Shown in pieces: positions 1 to 8,536 of a stretch of 36,473 nucleotides of DNA. This stretch comes from a virus (Duplodnaviria; Caudoviricetes): IMG/VR virus record IMGVR_UViG_3300033067_001710, positions 1 to 36,473 of that record; one strand, written 5' to 3'. Made by a program: the position numbers and the translations under genes. The notes below the pieces were generated by a model, which saw only the letters and a list, made by a program, of their open reading frames with translations, was not told the origin of the DNA and did no database searches. Position 1 is the stretch's first letter. Every line of letters begins with the position of its first letter.

Positions 1-817
1 CTTGCGGGATCCCGGTCACGGATGACGAGTTGCTCGGAGGTGTGGTGCCAGCCGCGGTAATCGCTCCAATCGGAGATACGTCAGCGGCCTCCATTATGGC
101 GTACCGGTATTTGTGGTTTGTCTCAGCAGTGGTCATCTTGGTGCTGACGCCAGCCACAGTTGCAGCGACTACCTCCCCAATCACATGTACGTAACGCCAG
201 TATCCAGAGTAAGCGATAAGCGCATCGAGCGCGGTGTTGAGATCGGCGAGTTGGAATGCAGGCGCGGTGGTTGAGAACCAAAACACATCGCCTGCCTGAA
301 ACGATTCTGGAGTCCCGTCGGTAAACGTGATGGTTAGACCGGTGTTTGGGATGGCGTATGCCCCGGCTAGAGGCACCGTGATGGGCAAAGACCAGTTTCG
401 GTTCTCCTCATCGGAATCGTCAGGACCGGCGTCCAGCGAGTATTTGAACGTCGCAGAACCTTGCTCGCCACCGGTGACAATCTCGACTGCGACTTGGTAC
501 CGGTTGTTGGGTGTGCCGGTCATGGCGCACGTACCGTCGCCAACTTGCGATGGTGCACCCGTCGTGATAACTCCGGCCACGGAGTTGACCGCACGGATGG
601 CAAGGATCGTCCCCCCACCGTTTTCTAGCTCGTATTTGCACGCGTCGACGAGCGGGCCAATGCCAAGCGAATCGGCAGCTTTGGGTGCAGTCATCGAGAT
701 GATTGTGTTGTATGCGCCTGCCGAGCACACCCCAATGAGAGCACGGACGGGACCAACACCCAACGACACACCATTGCCACCGTCAACAACTGTGATTGAT
801 CTGTCAGGGACGGTCAT
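1..817 (-). CDS. Tail sheath protein (DUF2586-like), N-terminal part; continues across the window end into 36473-35593
   Basis: ATG at 817 overlaps the upstream stop (ATGA). The frame is stop-free from 817 to 1 (MTVPDRSITVVDGG...VTGIPQ) and joins in frame to GDVVLDIVAGG at 36473, about 565 aa in total. Lies directly before the tube gene. Confidence 0.85.
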   Translation of the reverse strand, partial: MTVPDRSITVVDGGNGVSLGVGPVRALIGVCSAGAYNTIISMTAPKAADSLGIGPLVDACKYELENGGGTILAIRAVNSVAGVITTGAPSQVGDGTCAMTGTPNNRYQVAVEIVTGGEQGSATFKYSLDAGPDDSDEENRNWSLPITVPLAGAYAIPNTGLTITFTDGTPESFQAGDVFWFSTTAPAFQLADLNTALDALIAYSGYWRYVHVIGEVVAATVAGVSTKMTTAETNHKYRYAIMEAADVSPIGAITAAGTTPPSNSSSVTGIPQ

Positions 818-1017
818 GGCTTGACTCCTTGCACTTGATATCCAATCGGGTGTCCGAGCATGGCAGCAACAGCAGCGTCATACTCACCTTCGGTCACGAG
901 CTTGCCTTGCGCCCACTTCAATCCCATGTAAAACATGGGCAGCACGACGTTTTTGTTTGGTTTCTCGGCGAACCATTCTTCGAATGGGCGCTTCTGGTCT
1001 TCAACGAAATTGAACAT
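814..1017 (-). CDS. Small hypothetical protein (67 aa) between tail-completion and sheath genes
   Basis: GAGG RBS, stop coupled to the sheath start, fills the operon gap. Confidence 0.7.
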   Translation of the reverse strand: MFNFVEDQKRPFEEWFAEKPNKNVVLPMFYMGLKWAQGKLVTEGEYDAAVAAMLGHPIGYQVQGVKP

Positions 1018-1032
1018 GGGAACCTCGAGGCC

Positions 1033-1575
1033 CTATTCGCGGCCCGTCTCGATGTCTGTATCACCTAGCCCGATGGTCATCTCACCCTCGGCTGGATCAT
1101 CCTCAACCACGGTGATGGTAGTGCTCGCATCAGGCGGAGTTGCAACGTCAGCAGTGGCGGTAGGTATGTCGACGTACTGGTCTAGCACCGGGATTTTGAA
1201 CGTCACCGGTAACACAACAACCTCGCCCTGCGTCAACCACTCGACCGTGCCTGGTTGCAACCATCGCTCGCCAGATACAGCAAACGATGTGCTTGCCGAC
1301 TTGTAACACGCGAGGACTAGGTTGTGCAGCAACGACTCCGCCTGGTCATACGACACACCCCAGCAATGCACGTCAAACCCGGGTTGCCTGGTCCGGATGC
1401 TCCGGTACGTTTTGCCCAACTGGACGGGGGGAGCCCAGCTCCCACCGATTGGCACCCAAACGATGCGCGGTGGCGCATTGTGCAGGTGCAGGTACCGACC
1501 ACCGATACCAAACTGCAACGTCGGCATTGCAACCAGCAACGCAGCGTTGATCTCGGCGATGACTGTTGCAATCAT
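1033..1575 (-). CDS. Putative tail terminator/completion protein
   Basis: Position between the neck and sheath genes; PPRIVWVP and FDVHCWG segments; ATGA coupling. Confidence 0.6.
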   Translation of the reverse strand: MIATVIAEINAALLVAMPTLQFGIGGRYLHLHNAPPRIVWVPIGGSWAPPVQLGKTYRSIRTRQPGFDVHCWGVSYDQAESLLHNLVLACYKSASTSFAVSGERWLQPGTVEWLTQGEVVVLPVTFKIPVLDQYVDIPTATADVATPPDASTTITVVEDDPAEGEMTIGLGDTDIETGRE

Positions 1576-2147
1576 TGCCCCAACACCCCGCGCGCTTTTT
1601 CGGACAGGATGCTCTGAAACTCAGCACGCCAAGACGATGGTAACCCATTGCTCGGGATAAACTGTCGTTTGGGGATCGATATGTTGAGAGTCACCTCTTT
1701 GACTTGAGGCACGTCGGGTGTCGAGTTTGGCACGAACACCGCCATCCCACCGTCAAGCACAGAGATCTTCTGTTGTCGCGGGGCAAACTGGTGTCCGAAA
1801 TTGTGCACCGCTGCGTATTCGGTCGATGCCGTCAGGAAAAAACCGGTTGCCGATATGTCAGCAGTCGCAATAGAGTTGTACATGCGGCCCGTGTCACGCA
1901 AGAGAAGCGAGCTTCGGTTCTTGCCAGTGCGCTCTCCGGCCTGAATGTTTCGCGACCTATCCTGTTTGAGAGGAGGCCATGCGTTGCCGTACGGGTCCGT
2001 CGCTTCGGAAAACGTTTGCTTGACCCTGTCCAGAGCTTCCTCGGCAATCTCTTCGGACACCTCAACCATGAACCCCGTGCCAGCCATCGATTCAGCGGCC
2101 GCCACGAGAGCATGCAGTTTGGACAGTTGCCCCTTGACTCCAGACAT
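1572..2147 (-). CDS. Phage virion morphogenesis (Mu gpG-like) neck protein
   Basis: DPYGNAWPPLK, LLRDTGRMYNSI, YAAVHNFG and IPKRQFIP motifs; ATG at 2147 overlaps the upstream stop (TGATG). Confidence 0.85.
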   Translation of the reverse strand: MSGVKGQLSKLHALVAAAESMAGTGFMVEVSEEIAEEALDRVKQTFSEATDPYGNAWPPLKQDRSRNIQAGERTGKNRSSLLLRDTGRMYNSIATADISATGFFLTASTEYAAVHNFGHQFAPRQQKISVLDGGMAVFVPNSTPDVPQVKEVTLNISIPKRQFIPSNGLPSSWRAEFQSILSEKARGVLGQ

Positions 2148-2545
2148 CACCAGTCCCAATCCACGATGTCTGCTGACGACACGAGCGGTGCCCCCTCAGC
2201 AACAGATGGTGTCGCGTCATCGGATGCATCGACCGGCTCAACCATGCCAAGCGCACAATCACGCAACCATTTGCGCGCGATGTTTGCCCTACCTTCAAGT
2301 CTCTCGACATCCTCTGGGCTCACACCCAGTACGTACGCGAGGTCGTATGACGCAATCGCGCAAACATGACGTGTCAACGACACACCGTATGTCGAGAGCG
2401 GGGTGCCGTACCGTTTTCGGAGATAAGAGTCTGCCTCGTCAGACGCAGCATCGAGCACTGCGTCCTGACTTGCGGTCGCAACTTGGGCCAGGACGGCCGA
2501 TGGCAGTCCGTGGATTGCGAGGTCTGCTCTTGTTGCGTACGCCAT
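2147..2545 (-). CDS. Head-tail adaptor, Mu gp36/DUF1320-like
   Basis: MAYATRADL start, ASDEADSYLRKRYGTPL, CAIASYDL, ARKWLRD. Confidence 0.85.
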   Translation of the reverse strand: MAYATRADLAIHGLPSAVLAQVATASQDAVLDAASDEADSYLRKRYGTPLSTYGVSLTRHVCAIASYDLAYVLGVSPEDVERLEGRANIARKWLRDCALGMVEPVDASDDATPSVAEGAPLVSSADIVDWDW

Positions 2546-2549
2546 GTTG

Positions 2550-2912
2550 TCAACGCGCCTTGCTTGGACGCGTCGCCTCTTCTTGGTCCAGCTCGTCCAG
2601 CAACGTCACCACCGGAGGTTTGGGTTTCTCGACTTGAGGTCGGATCTCGACCTTTCGACTCGACACGACCACCGCCCCGACCATCGGGTCGGCCATCAAA
2701 ACCGCGAACGATTTGGAGTCGATCGCACCATCGGCGATGGCTTGCTCGGCTTCGGCTTTGGTCAATGGGTCTGCCAGTAACTCAGCACGGACCACCGTGA
2801 ACTCGTGCTGAGAACTACCGTTGGGCCAAAACGACTTCCCCCGCCAAAAACCGTCGTACCCTTGACGGGGTGAGACGTGCCCTTTGACCGTGATCTTATA
2901 TGCAGTTATCAT
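2550..2912 (-). CDS. Hypothetical protein after the capsid gene (Mu gp35 position)
   Basis: ATG at 2912 overlaps the capsid stop (TGATG); GFWRGKSFWP segment; synteny. Confidence 0.65.
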   Translation of the reverse strand: MITAYKITVKGHVSPRQGYDGFWRGKSFWPNGSSQHEFTVVRAELLADPLTKAEAEQAIADGAIDSKSFAVLMADPMVGAVVVSSRKVEIRPQVEKPKPPVVTLLDELDQEEATRPSKAR

Positions 2913-3850
2913 CAAGCCTCGCATTTGTCCATCATCTGCCAAAAACCATACCCGCCTGCACCGCGTCCGTGGACACCGACCTGCACAACGTTTGACTCAA
3001 ACATGTTGTCATCGGTCGGTGAGTTGCGGACCACCAACTGGTTTGGCGACTTGCGCACCTGGCAAAGCAACGGCTTCAGACTCTTGCTGAGGTCTGCCAG
3101 ATACCAAGTCGTTGTGCTCGTCGCATCGAGCGCGGGGATAACCATGATCTCGGCAGTGCCGAAATTCATATTCGAGTCCGTCGCAGTCGATGACGAGTTG
3201 GCCAGATAGCCAACGTTCTCGGCCTTGACGATTTTCTTTGCCGTCGCTTCCAATGCTTGCGGCACAATCAGATGCGTTGGGTTGATACCCATGGGCAAAC
3301 CATCGGCGGCTTTTCGCACCTTCATCGCCGACCGGACCGTCTCGTAGTTGGCCGCAGTCAATGCAGTCCCGGTGTGCAGGTTGGCTTGCGTGGTAGCTGC
3401 TGACCCCTGCACCTCAAGCGGATGGTCCGTATCAAAAAAGTACTGCCCATCATAACAGATTGCAGCACCACCGCCGACTAGCGCGGCAAGTACCAAGTCG
3501 TTGGGCCACAGTTTGGCCGATCGACCTAAGTGCTGCACCGCAGACGCGTACGACCCAACGTTGTCGTCAGCAACATCGTTCGCCGAGATCTCAAACGACT
3601 CTTCGTAGTCGACGTTGGTCAGTACGTAACTGCGCTCTTTGAGGTTGCGCAGCTGGCGAGCCCCGACCCATTGCCTCAAACGGGGCAGCACATCTAGGGC
3701 CGGATAGGTGTTGGATGTGCTCGTACTGGGGATTTCCGCAGCGAGCATCTTGTACCAGAGCATGCTGTCAAGATCAGCCTCATATGCTTGCTTGAAACGC
3801 ATGACAAGGTTGGTCCGTAGACCAGCTAGTGTTGAGTCAGCAATCAGCAT
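2912..3850 (-). CDS. Major capsid protein, Mu gpT-like
   Basis: PRLRQWVGAR, DDNVG, CYDGQYFFDTDHP and RGAGGYGFWQ motifs; AGGAG RBS. Confidence 0.95.
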   Translation of the reverse strand: MLIADSTLAGLRTNLVMRFKQAYEADLDSMLWYKMLAAEIPSTSTSNTYPALDVLPRLRQWVGARQLRNLKERSYVLTNVDYEESFEISANDVADDNVGSYASAVQHLGRSAKLWPNDLVLAALVGGGAAICYDGQYFFDTDHPLEVQGSAATTQANLHTGTALTAANYETVRSAMKVRKAADGLPMGINPTHLIVPQALEATAKKIVKAENVGYLANSSSTATDSNMNFGTAEIMVIPALDATSTTTWYLADLSKSLKPLLCQVRKSPNQLVVRNSPTDDNMFESNVVQVGVHGRGAGGYGFWQMMDKCEA

Positions 3851-3941
3851 TGTCGTTCTCCTATATACGCTTTATGGCTCTTGGTAGGAGTCAACAATCA
3901 GCATTGTCGTTCTCCTCTATACGCTTTATGGCTCTTGGTAG
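3834..3941. repeat. Tandem duplication, 2 x 54 bp with 2 mismatches, spanning the upstream stop, RBS and capsid start
   Basis: 3834-3887 versus 3888-3941, read directly. Confidence 0.97.
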
Positions 3942-4876
3942 GCGGAGATCAACCGCCAATTGGTCCCGTCAAACCCAACGTTGCAACCAGCTTTTTTGCT
4001 TGCAGTCATTGTCATGAGCGTGCCGGCCCCGGCACCACCGTTGACAACCGCAACAGTGTGAGCACCAGCCGTTGCACGCACGATGTGGATGTAATCTCCG
4101 GCAACAGCCCCAGTGGTGTTGACCGTGAGGGTTGAGTTTTGGTCCGTCGCGTCGATGTACCTGAACTGGCCTCCCGTGACCACGATGGCGAGCGCCCCCG
4201 CTGTGAACGTTGCAACAGCGGCACCACCGATGACGCGACCACCCATTTCGGTAGCAGTCGCTCCTGAATTGGTCCGAAGGGCCTGGTACGCAGTGCCGGG
4301 CGTGACACCACCAACAGCAACCAACCCACCGTTGGCTGCGTTCGCATGCGTGTGTGTTGCGTTAGCAAAACTTGCGATGGTCGGCGTGGTCAATGTCTTG
4401 TTGGTGAGAGTTTCCGACCCGGTCAATGTCGCGACGTCGGCAGTAATGCCGTACGGATGAATCGCAACCCACACCCCAGCGGAGTCGACCCCCATGATTT
4501 TGCCACACCGTATTCGAGTCCCACCGTTGTCGGTTTTGGCAACGGTCTGGTTGTCAACGATGTAGCAGTAGCTGCCGACTTCGGCTTGGGTGATCTCGTC
4601 TGCCGCTGCGGAGTTGGCGAACTGGAACACGCCAGCCTTGATTTCAACGTTGATCGCCCCGCTGGAACCGGAGGCGTTGTCCGCGTCAGCTTGCGCAACA
4701 CCGAGCACCTTTTGGGTGGTCGACACTGCACCTGCAACGGCGTAACCAGTGGAGTCAGCACAGACGATCGTCCCTTGATAGAGCGATGTCGCCGCCTTGA
4801 CTCCGAGCGAAAACGAATGAGGCATCACGCCAGAATCCCATTTTTGGGTTGATCTCTTCGATGTGGCAGCGGTCAT
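3926..4876 (-). CDS. Head decoration/cement protein with a long C-terminal extension
   Basis: Between protease and capsid genes. N-terminal GVKAATSLYQGT...CYIVDNQTVAKT...GVWV domain, a TLTGSETLTNKTLTTPTI fibre-like linker, and a Gly/Ala/Thr-rich C-terminal domain. Confidence 0.75.
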   Translation of the reverse strand: MTAATSKRSTQKWDSGVMPHSFSLGVKAATSLYQGTIVCADSTGYAVAGAVSTTQKVLGVAQADADNASGSSGAINVEIKAGVFQFANSAAADEITQAEVGSYCYIVDNQTVAKTDNGGTRIRCGKIMGVDSAGVWVAIHPYGITADVATLTGSETLTNKTLTTPTIASFANATHTHANAANGGLVAVGGVTPGTAYQALRTNSGATATEMGGRVIGGAAVATFTAGALAIVVTGGQFRYIDATDQNSTLTVNTTGAVAGDYIHIVRATAGAHTVAVVNGGAGAGTLMTMTASKKAGCNVGFDGTNWRLISAYQEP

Positions 4877-5835
4877 TGGCCGACCTCCGACTTGTACTTG
4901 GCAAGTTCGGCAACGTCATGTCCGAACAGTTTGGCAAAATGTTTTTCTTCGTCCGTCAACGTTGCGGTCGACTGGACAGCCGGTTGTGTGAGCTTTGCCG
5001 CGACGGGCACAAGGTCCGGTGCGACCCGAACAAATTCGGCCAACGCGGCGAGCGACTGTTTCTCCGCCCATTGACGTAGTGCGTCGTTGAATTTGCGATT
5101 GTTCGCCTGAATCAAAGCGGTTTTTTCGGCAGACTCTTGCGCTGCTCGGAGCCCAGCAACCTCCGCACTCAACACCTGCACCTGCTCGATGGCAGCAAGC
5201 CCGGCCCGCAACACCCCAAGGGCCCCGTCAATGTTTTCAGTATTGGAAAGCTCCAAGATTCTGGCAATGATGGAATCTTTCTCTTGGATGAGGCGAACGG
5301 CCTCGTCTTCGTGGGCATCTTCGTGGAATAGCGCTCCCATGTGCGCACCTTTCTCTGGCTCCGCGCCAGACTCGTCAACCCCATCGGCAACGAGCGGGGT
5401 CATCCCGTACGTGGCCGGCAGGTTCGTTAATGCTACGTTCAGTATCTTCTCTATTCGTTTCGTTTTTTTGTCAAAATAGAACGTAGGGGAGAAATAGAGC
5501 CATTCCCCGGCTTCAATCGCGGCAAGCGCAGCCGGCGTCCATTTGATGTCGACTGCCCACAGTTCCGGACCTTCCCTTACCTCAAGCGCGAAATTCGCCG
5601 CCGCGGTCTTGTCTTGAGGTCTGGCGACTTCAGACACCATGGCGTGGTCGTAGTCAAATACAAGCCGGTTACCGTGCTCAGAAAAATCCTTTATTACAGA
5701 TTCTGCTGATTTCTCGTCAAACAGAAACTTACCCTTGGTTGTTGACGTCCAGCCCGCGGCAAACAGCCGTACCTCAACAGGAGCGCGTGATTCGCCAAGC
5801 GTGATGGCGTCTAGTGTGCCTCTAAGTAGTCCCAT
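4873..5835 (-). CDS. Mu gpI-like prohead protease with a C-terminal scaffold
   Basis: FDYDH, WTPAA, YFSPTF and VALTNLPA motifs; helical C-terminal half. Confidence 0.92.
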   Translation of the reverse strand: MGLLRGTLDAITLGESRAPVEVRLFAAGWTSTTKGKFLFDEKSAESVIKDFSEHGNRLVFDYDHAMVSEVARPQDKTAAANFALEVREGPELWAVDIKWTPAALAAIEAGEWLYFSPTFYFDKKTKRIEKILNVALTNLPATYGMTPLVADGVDESGAEPEKGAHMGALFHEDAHEDEAVRLIQEKDSIIARILELSNTENIDGALGVLRAGLAAIEQVQVLSAEVAGLRAAQESAEKTALIQANNRKFNDALRQWAEKQSLAALAEFVRVAPDLVPVAAKLTQPAVQSTATLTDEEKHFAKLFGHDVAELAKYKSEVGQ

Positions 5836-6511
5836 GTAGTTTCAACTCCAGCTGCTCACTGATCCCCGGCGGATATCTAGATGGATCAGGCGTCCAGTCC
5901 GAATCTTTCGGAGTTTTTCCAAACCCTGTATCTGCCTTCACATCCGGACCCTTGTCTGTTATTCCACGTTTTTTTGCTTGCCTATCAGTAAGACATCTGA
6001 TTGACGAGCGGCAATAGTGGTGCAGAGGAGGTGTGTGCGTAGCCCACCATGGGTCAGATGCGGGCCTGACCACCCCGTCCAGCGGCTCACAGATGTCAGA
6101 TATTCTATTGTCCATAATCGCGTCAAACATCCAATATGGGCGGGCCTTGCGGATGACAGGAGTTGTCATCTGCTTGTAACGCCCTGCATTGTAAGCCCTT
6201 TGGATGTTCGTGCGGAATATCTTTTCTATGCGTAAAGCTGGATTCTTTTCCGTGCCAGCCCAAGCAGAGATGAGTTTCGCCCCAATCGCCTCCTGAAATG
6301 CCTCCAATGTCGTCCCTTTTTCAATTGCGGAAACCAGGGCATTGAAAACATCGTTGATCAGGTCGGCCTGCTCGATGTTGCTGAGTCGAAGCGCACTAAC
6401 CCGCGCCTCGAACGCGAGCTCTTGCCAATCCGACTCCGACATCACCGACCTGGCCCGGAACCAAGCCAAAGCCTCGGCAAAGACAAGCAGGTCAGCAGAA
6501 ACAGCCCACAT
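5822..6511 (-). CDS. Minor head protein, Mu gpF / SPP1 gp7 family
   Basis: IFRTNIQRAYNAGRY, PYWMFDAIMD, WWATHTPPLHHYCRS. Confidence 0.92.
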   Translation of the reverse strand: MWAVSADLLVFAEALAWFRARSVMSESDWQELAFEARVSALRLSNIEQADLINDVFNALVSAIEKGTTLEAFQEAIGAKLISAWAGTEKNPALRIEKIFRTNIQRAYNAGRYKQMTTPVIRKARPYWMFDAIMDNRISDICEPLDGVVRPASDPWWATHTPPLHHYCRSSIRCLTDRQAKKRGITDKGPDVKADTGFGKTPKDSDWTPDPSRYPPGISEQLELKLHGTT

Positions 6512-6515
6512 GCTC

Positions 6516-6989
6516 TTACCAGAGCACCGTGATCTTTTGCGCGGTTGTCCCGCTCGCCGTGATCGTGTTGGCCCGAATCGTCAACGTGTCCCCGTCGGGA
6601 ATCCCAGCGATGGTCCTCGATGTGCCGTTGGGTTGTACGACAATCAAGGTCCCGCCCGTGTAAACCTTGATTTGCCTACATGCCGCGCCACCATCCGACA
6701 GGAGGTTCGCGTCGGCACCAAGAGCCCCGGCACTTGCATACTGCTTGTATACACTGGCAGAGTCTATGCTCGGTTGTGAGGTAACGGACGACACTGTGGT
6801 CACACCAGCGATGGTGGACGCGGACGCGTTGACCTTGAGGGCTCCCGTGCTGTCTCCCTGTGCAACGCACGTCTGCCCATCCGTCAGGGTCGGAGGTGTG
6901 GCAAGGTATTCAACCAGGAACGGTTTCAGCCCTTCGATGCTGGACATGAGTGTTTTGAGCAGCATCTGCCCCAATGTAGTTGCAGCCAT
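6516..6989 (-). CDS. Putative head spike-base protein
   Basis: C-terminus (CRQIKVYTGGTL...IPDGDTLTIRANTITASGTTAQKITVLW) resembles the RcGTA Rcc01079-type spike-base family as I recall it; TAATG coupling to the portal gene. Confidence 0.55.
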   Translation of the reverse strand: MAATTLGQMLLKTLMSSIEGLKPFLVEYLATPPTLTDGQTCVAQGDSTGALKVNASASTIAGVTTVSSVTSQPSIDSASVYKQYASAGALGADANLLSDGGAACRQIKVYTGGTLIVVQPNGTSRTIAGIPDGDTLTIRANTITASGTTAQKITVLW

Positions 6990-8536
6990 TACACATCCTC
7001 CAGCACGGCAACTCTGCCAGCCAACTCCGCCAAAATCAGCGACTTCTCAAGCGCGGCGGCAGCCGCGGTCGCGTCCATGTCACGATAGGTATCCACAAGT
7101 TTCGCTTTCAGCTCCTCTTGCCATCCTTCAGTATCTTCCAGATGCATCACGATGTCAATCAGTTTCGCGACGTCTGGACGCAGTGCAGCTGCACCGTCGA
7201 CTCGCGCGCTGTCCGCAAGCCTAGCCACGTAATCCTGCCCGGACACAAATCCAGACACACTTTCCTCTTCGCCTACACCTGCCGAAAGGTGGGCTGAATG
7301 CCCGTGTTTCACGTGAAACATATGGGCCGGTTCGGGCTCGGGCTCGGGTTCTTCTTCATGCACAGGCGCGGGTGGCCCTGCGTCTGTACGCAAAGGCAGG
7401 CCAAATCGTTCGAGTAGCGCTCTCACGTCCAGAGCGGGCTCGACCGCAAGCAGTTTGGCGAGCCCGTCTCCCAGCGTGTTCAGCGTCGAAGCCTCTTTGC
7501 CCAAATCCTCGGGAGGCGCAGTTTCGAACCGAGGCCACGGAGCAAGATTCGTGCCACCGAAGTTCCACTGCGCCCACGGCTGTAGGTAACCATGCGCCCA
7601 TGTGGCTACTTTGCCCGCGTCCAGTTCTAGGTAGTCTTGTCTCACCTTAGACGCAGATGTAGCACCAGTGTTGGCGGATGTAGGCACTTCGGTAGTCAAC
7701 GGTTGACCCAACAGCACAATCGCGAGCCCGGCATTTGCCGTGTCAACGACACCTGCAAACGTTTCCCAAGTGCGGGCCTGAGCTTCCAACATTTCCAGCT
7801 CATACCCGGACGGGAGCACTATTGCAGCGCTTTTTGCCATGACTTTCAGATCATTCCAAAAAGCGCGTCTATCTGATTCCTTGGAGCCTTCAGGAGCCTT
7901 GCCTACAATGGCACCGGACCCGTGTTTTTCGTTGTGCTTCCCCCACCCGCGCAGCCCGTGTAGTTTTATGAGCCACAGGAGCCCACACGCCAGCCAAGCA
8001 CCTTCGGCCCATGGCCGCTTTTTACCGTAAGGCTCGAAAAACGTCCACGTGGGATCGGCGGGATCAACCTCCACCGGGCCTTGCTCCGTCTGCACAATCC
8101 AATGTCGTGTCGTGTAGTCAACAGACAGGAAACGTGGGTGCCACGTCTCAAGGACGGGAATCCAGCGCCCGTTTATATTGGTAGGTATTGCCCTACCATA
8201 TCCTACACCGAGAAACAGACCCCATTGGAGCAATCTGCCCAGCTCCGCCTCCGGAGTAGCATCCCACCAATCCTGTTCGACTGCCTTGAGTACTCGTTTC
8301 GAGTCTGCCTCAAATTCCAGTTTTTCGCTGTTGTTGAGCCCAAGCAGAGCGCCTACACGAGTACTTAGCACCCCATGTATGCGGTCATCTCGCACCATGG
8401 CGTCACAAATGTCTGCTGCTTGCTCCAAAGTCCCAGCGTCCGCAGCTGCGAGCGCAGCCTCCACGTCCCCAGGATACCACGCCGCCGTTGTACTCCATTG
8501 GCTCGGGTCGCGGTAGTATGTAGCCTGTTTTACCAT
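6989..8536 (-). CDS. Portal protein, Mu gp29/DUF935 family
   Basis: 515 aa directly after TerL; MVRDDRIHGVLSTR and AIVLLGQPLTTE segments. Confidence 0.9.
   Translation of the reverse strand: MVKQATYYRDPSQWSTTAAWYPGDVEAALAAADAGTLEQAADICDAMVRDDRIHGVLSTRVGALLGLNNSEKLEFEADSKRVLKAVEQDWWDATPEAELGRLLQWGLFLGVGYGRAIPTNINGRWIPVLETWHPRFLSVDYTTRHWIVQTEQGPVEVDPADPTWTFFEPYGKKRPWAEGAWLACGLLWLIKLHGLRGWGKHNEKHGSGAIVGKAPEGSKESDRRAFWNDLKVMAKSAAIVLPSGYELEMLEAQARTWETFAGVVDTANAGLAIVLLGQPLTTEVPTSANTGATSASKVRQDYLELDAGKVATWAHGYLQPWAQWNFGGTNLAPWPRFETAPPEDLGKEASTLNTLGDGLAKLLAVEPALDVRALLERFGLPLRTDAGPPAPVHEEEPEPEPEPAHMFHVKHGHSAHLSAGVGEEESVSGFVSGQDYVARLADSARVDGAAALRPDVAKLIDIVMHLEDTEGWQEELKAKLVDTYRDMDATAAAAALEKSLILAELAGRVAVLEDV
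7305..7320. promoter_or_regulatory. parS: parS-consensus palindrome 1 (TGTTTCACGTGAAACA), inside the portal gene
   Basis: Perfect 16-bp match to the canonical ParB/Spo0J binding site. Confidence 0.85.

Noticed and set aside
8040-8056. GTCCACGTGGGA as a fourth parS
   Set aside because: Only the CCACGTGG core matches; the outer arms are not palindromic
2147-8536. Mu-like head genes implying a transposable Mu-like phage
   Set aside because: No MuA/MuB, Mor or Gam and no host-DNA ends; replication is by a primase/helicase module and the genome closes as a circle
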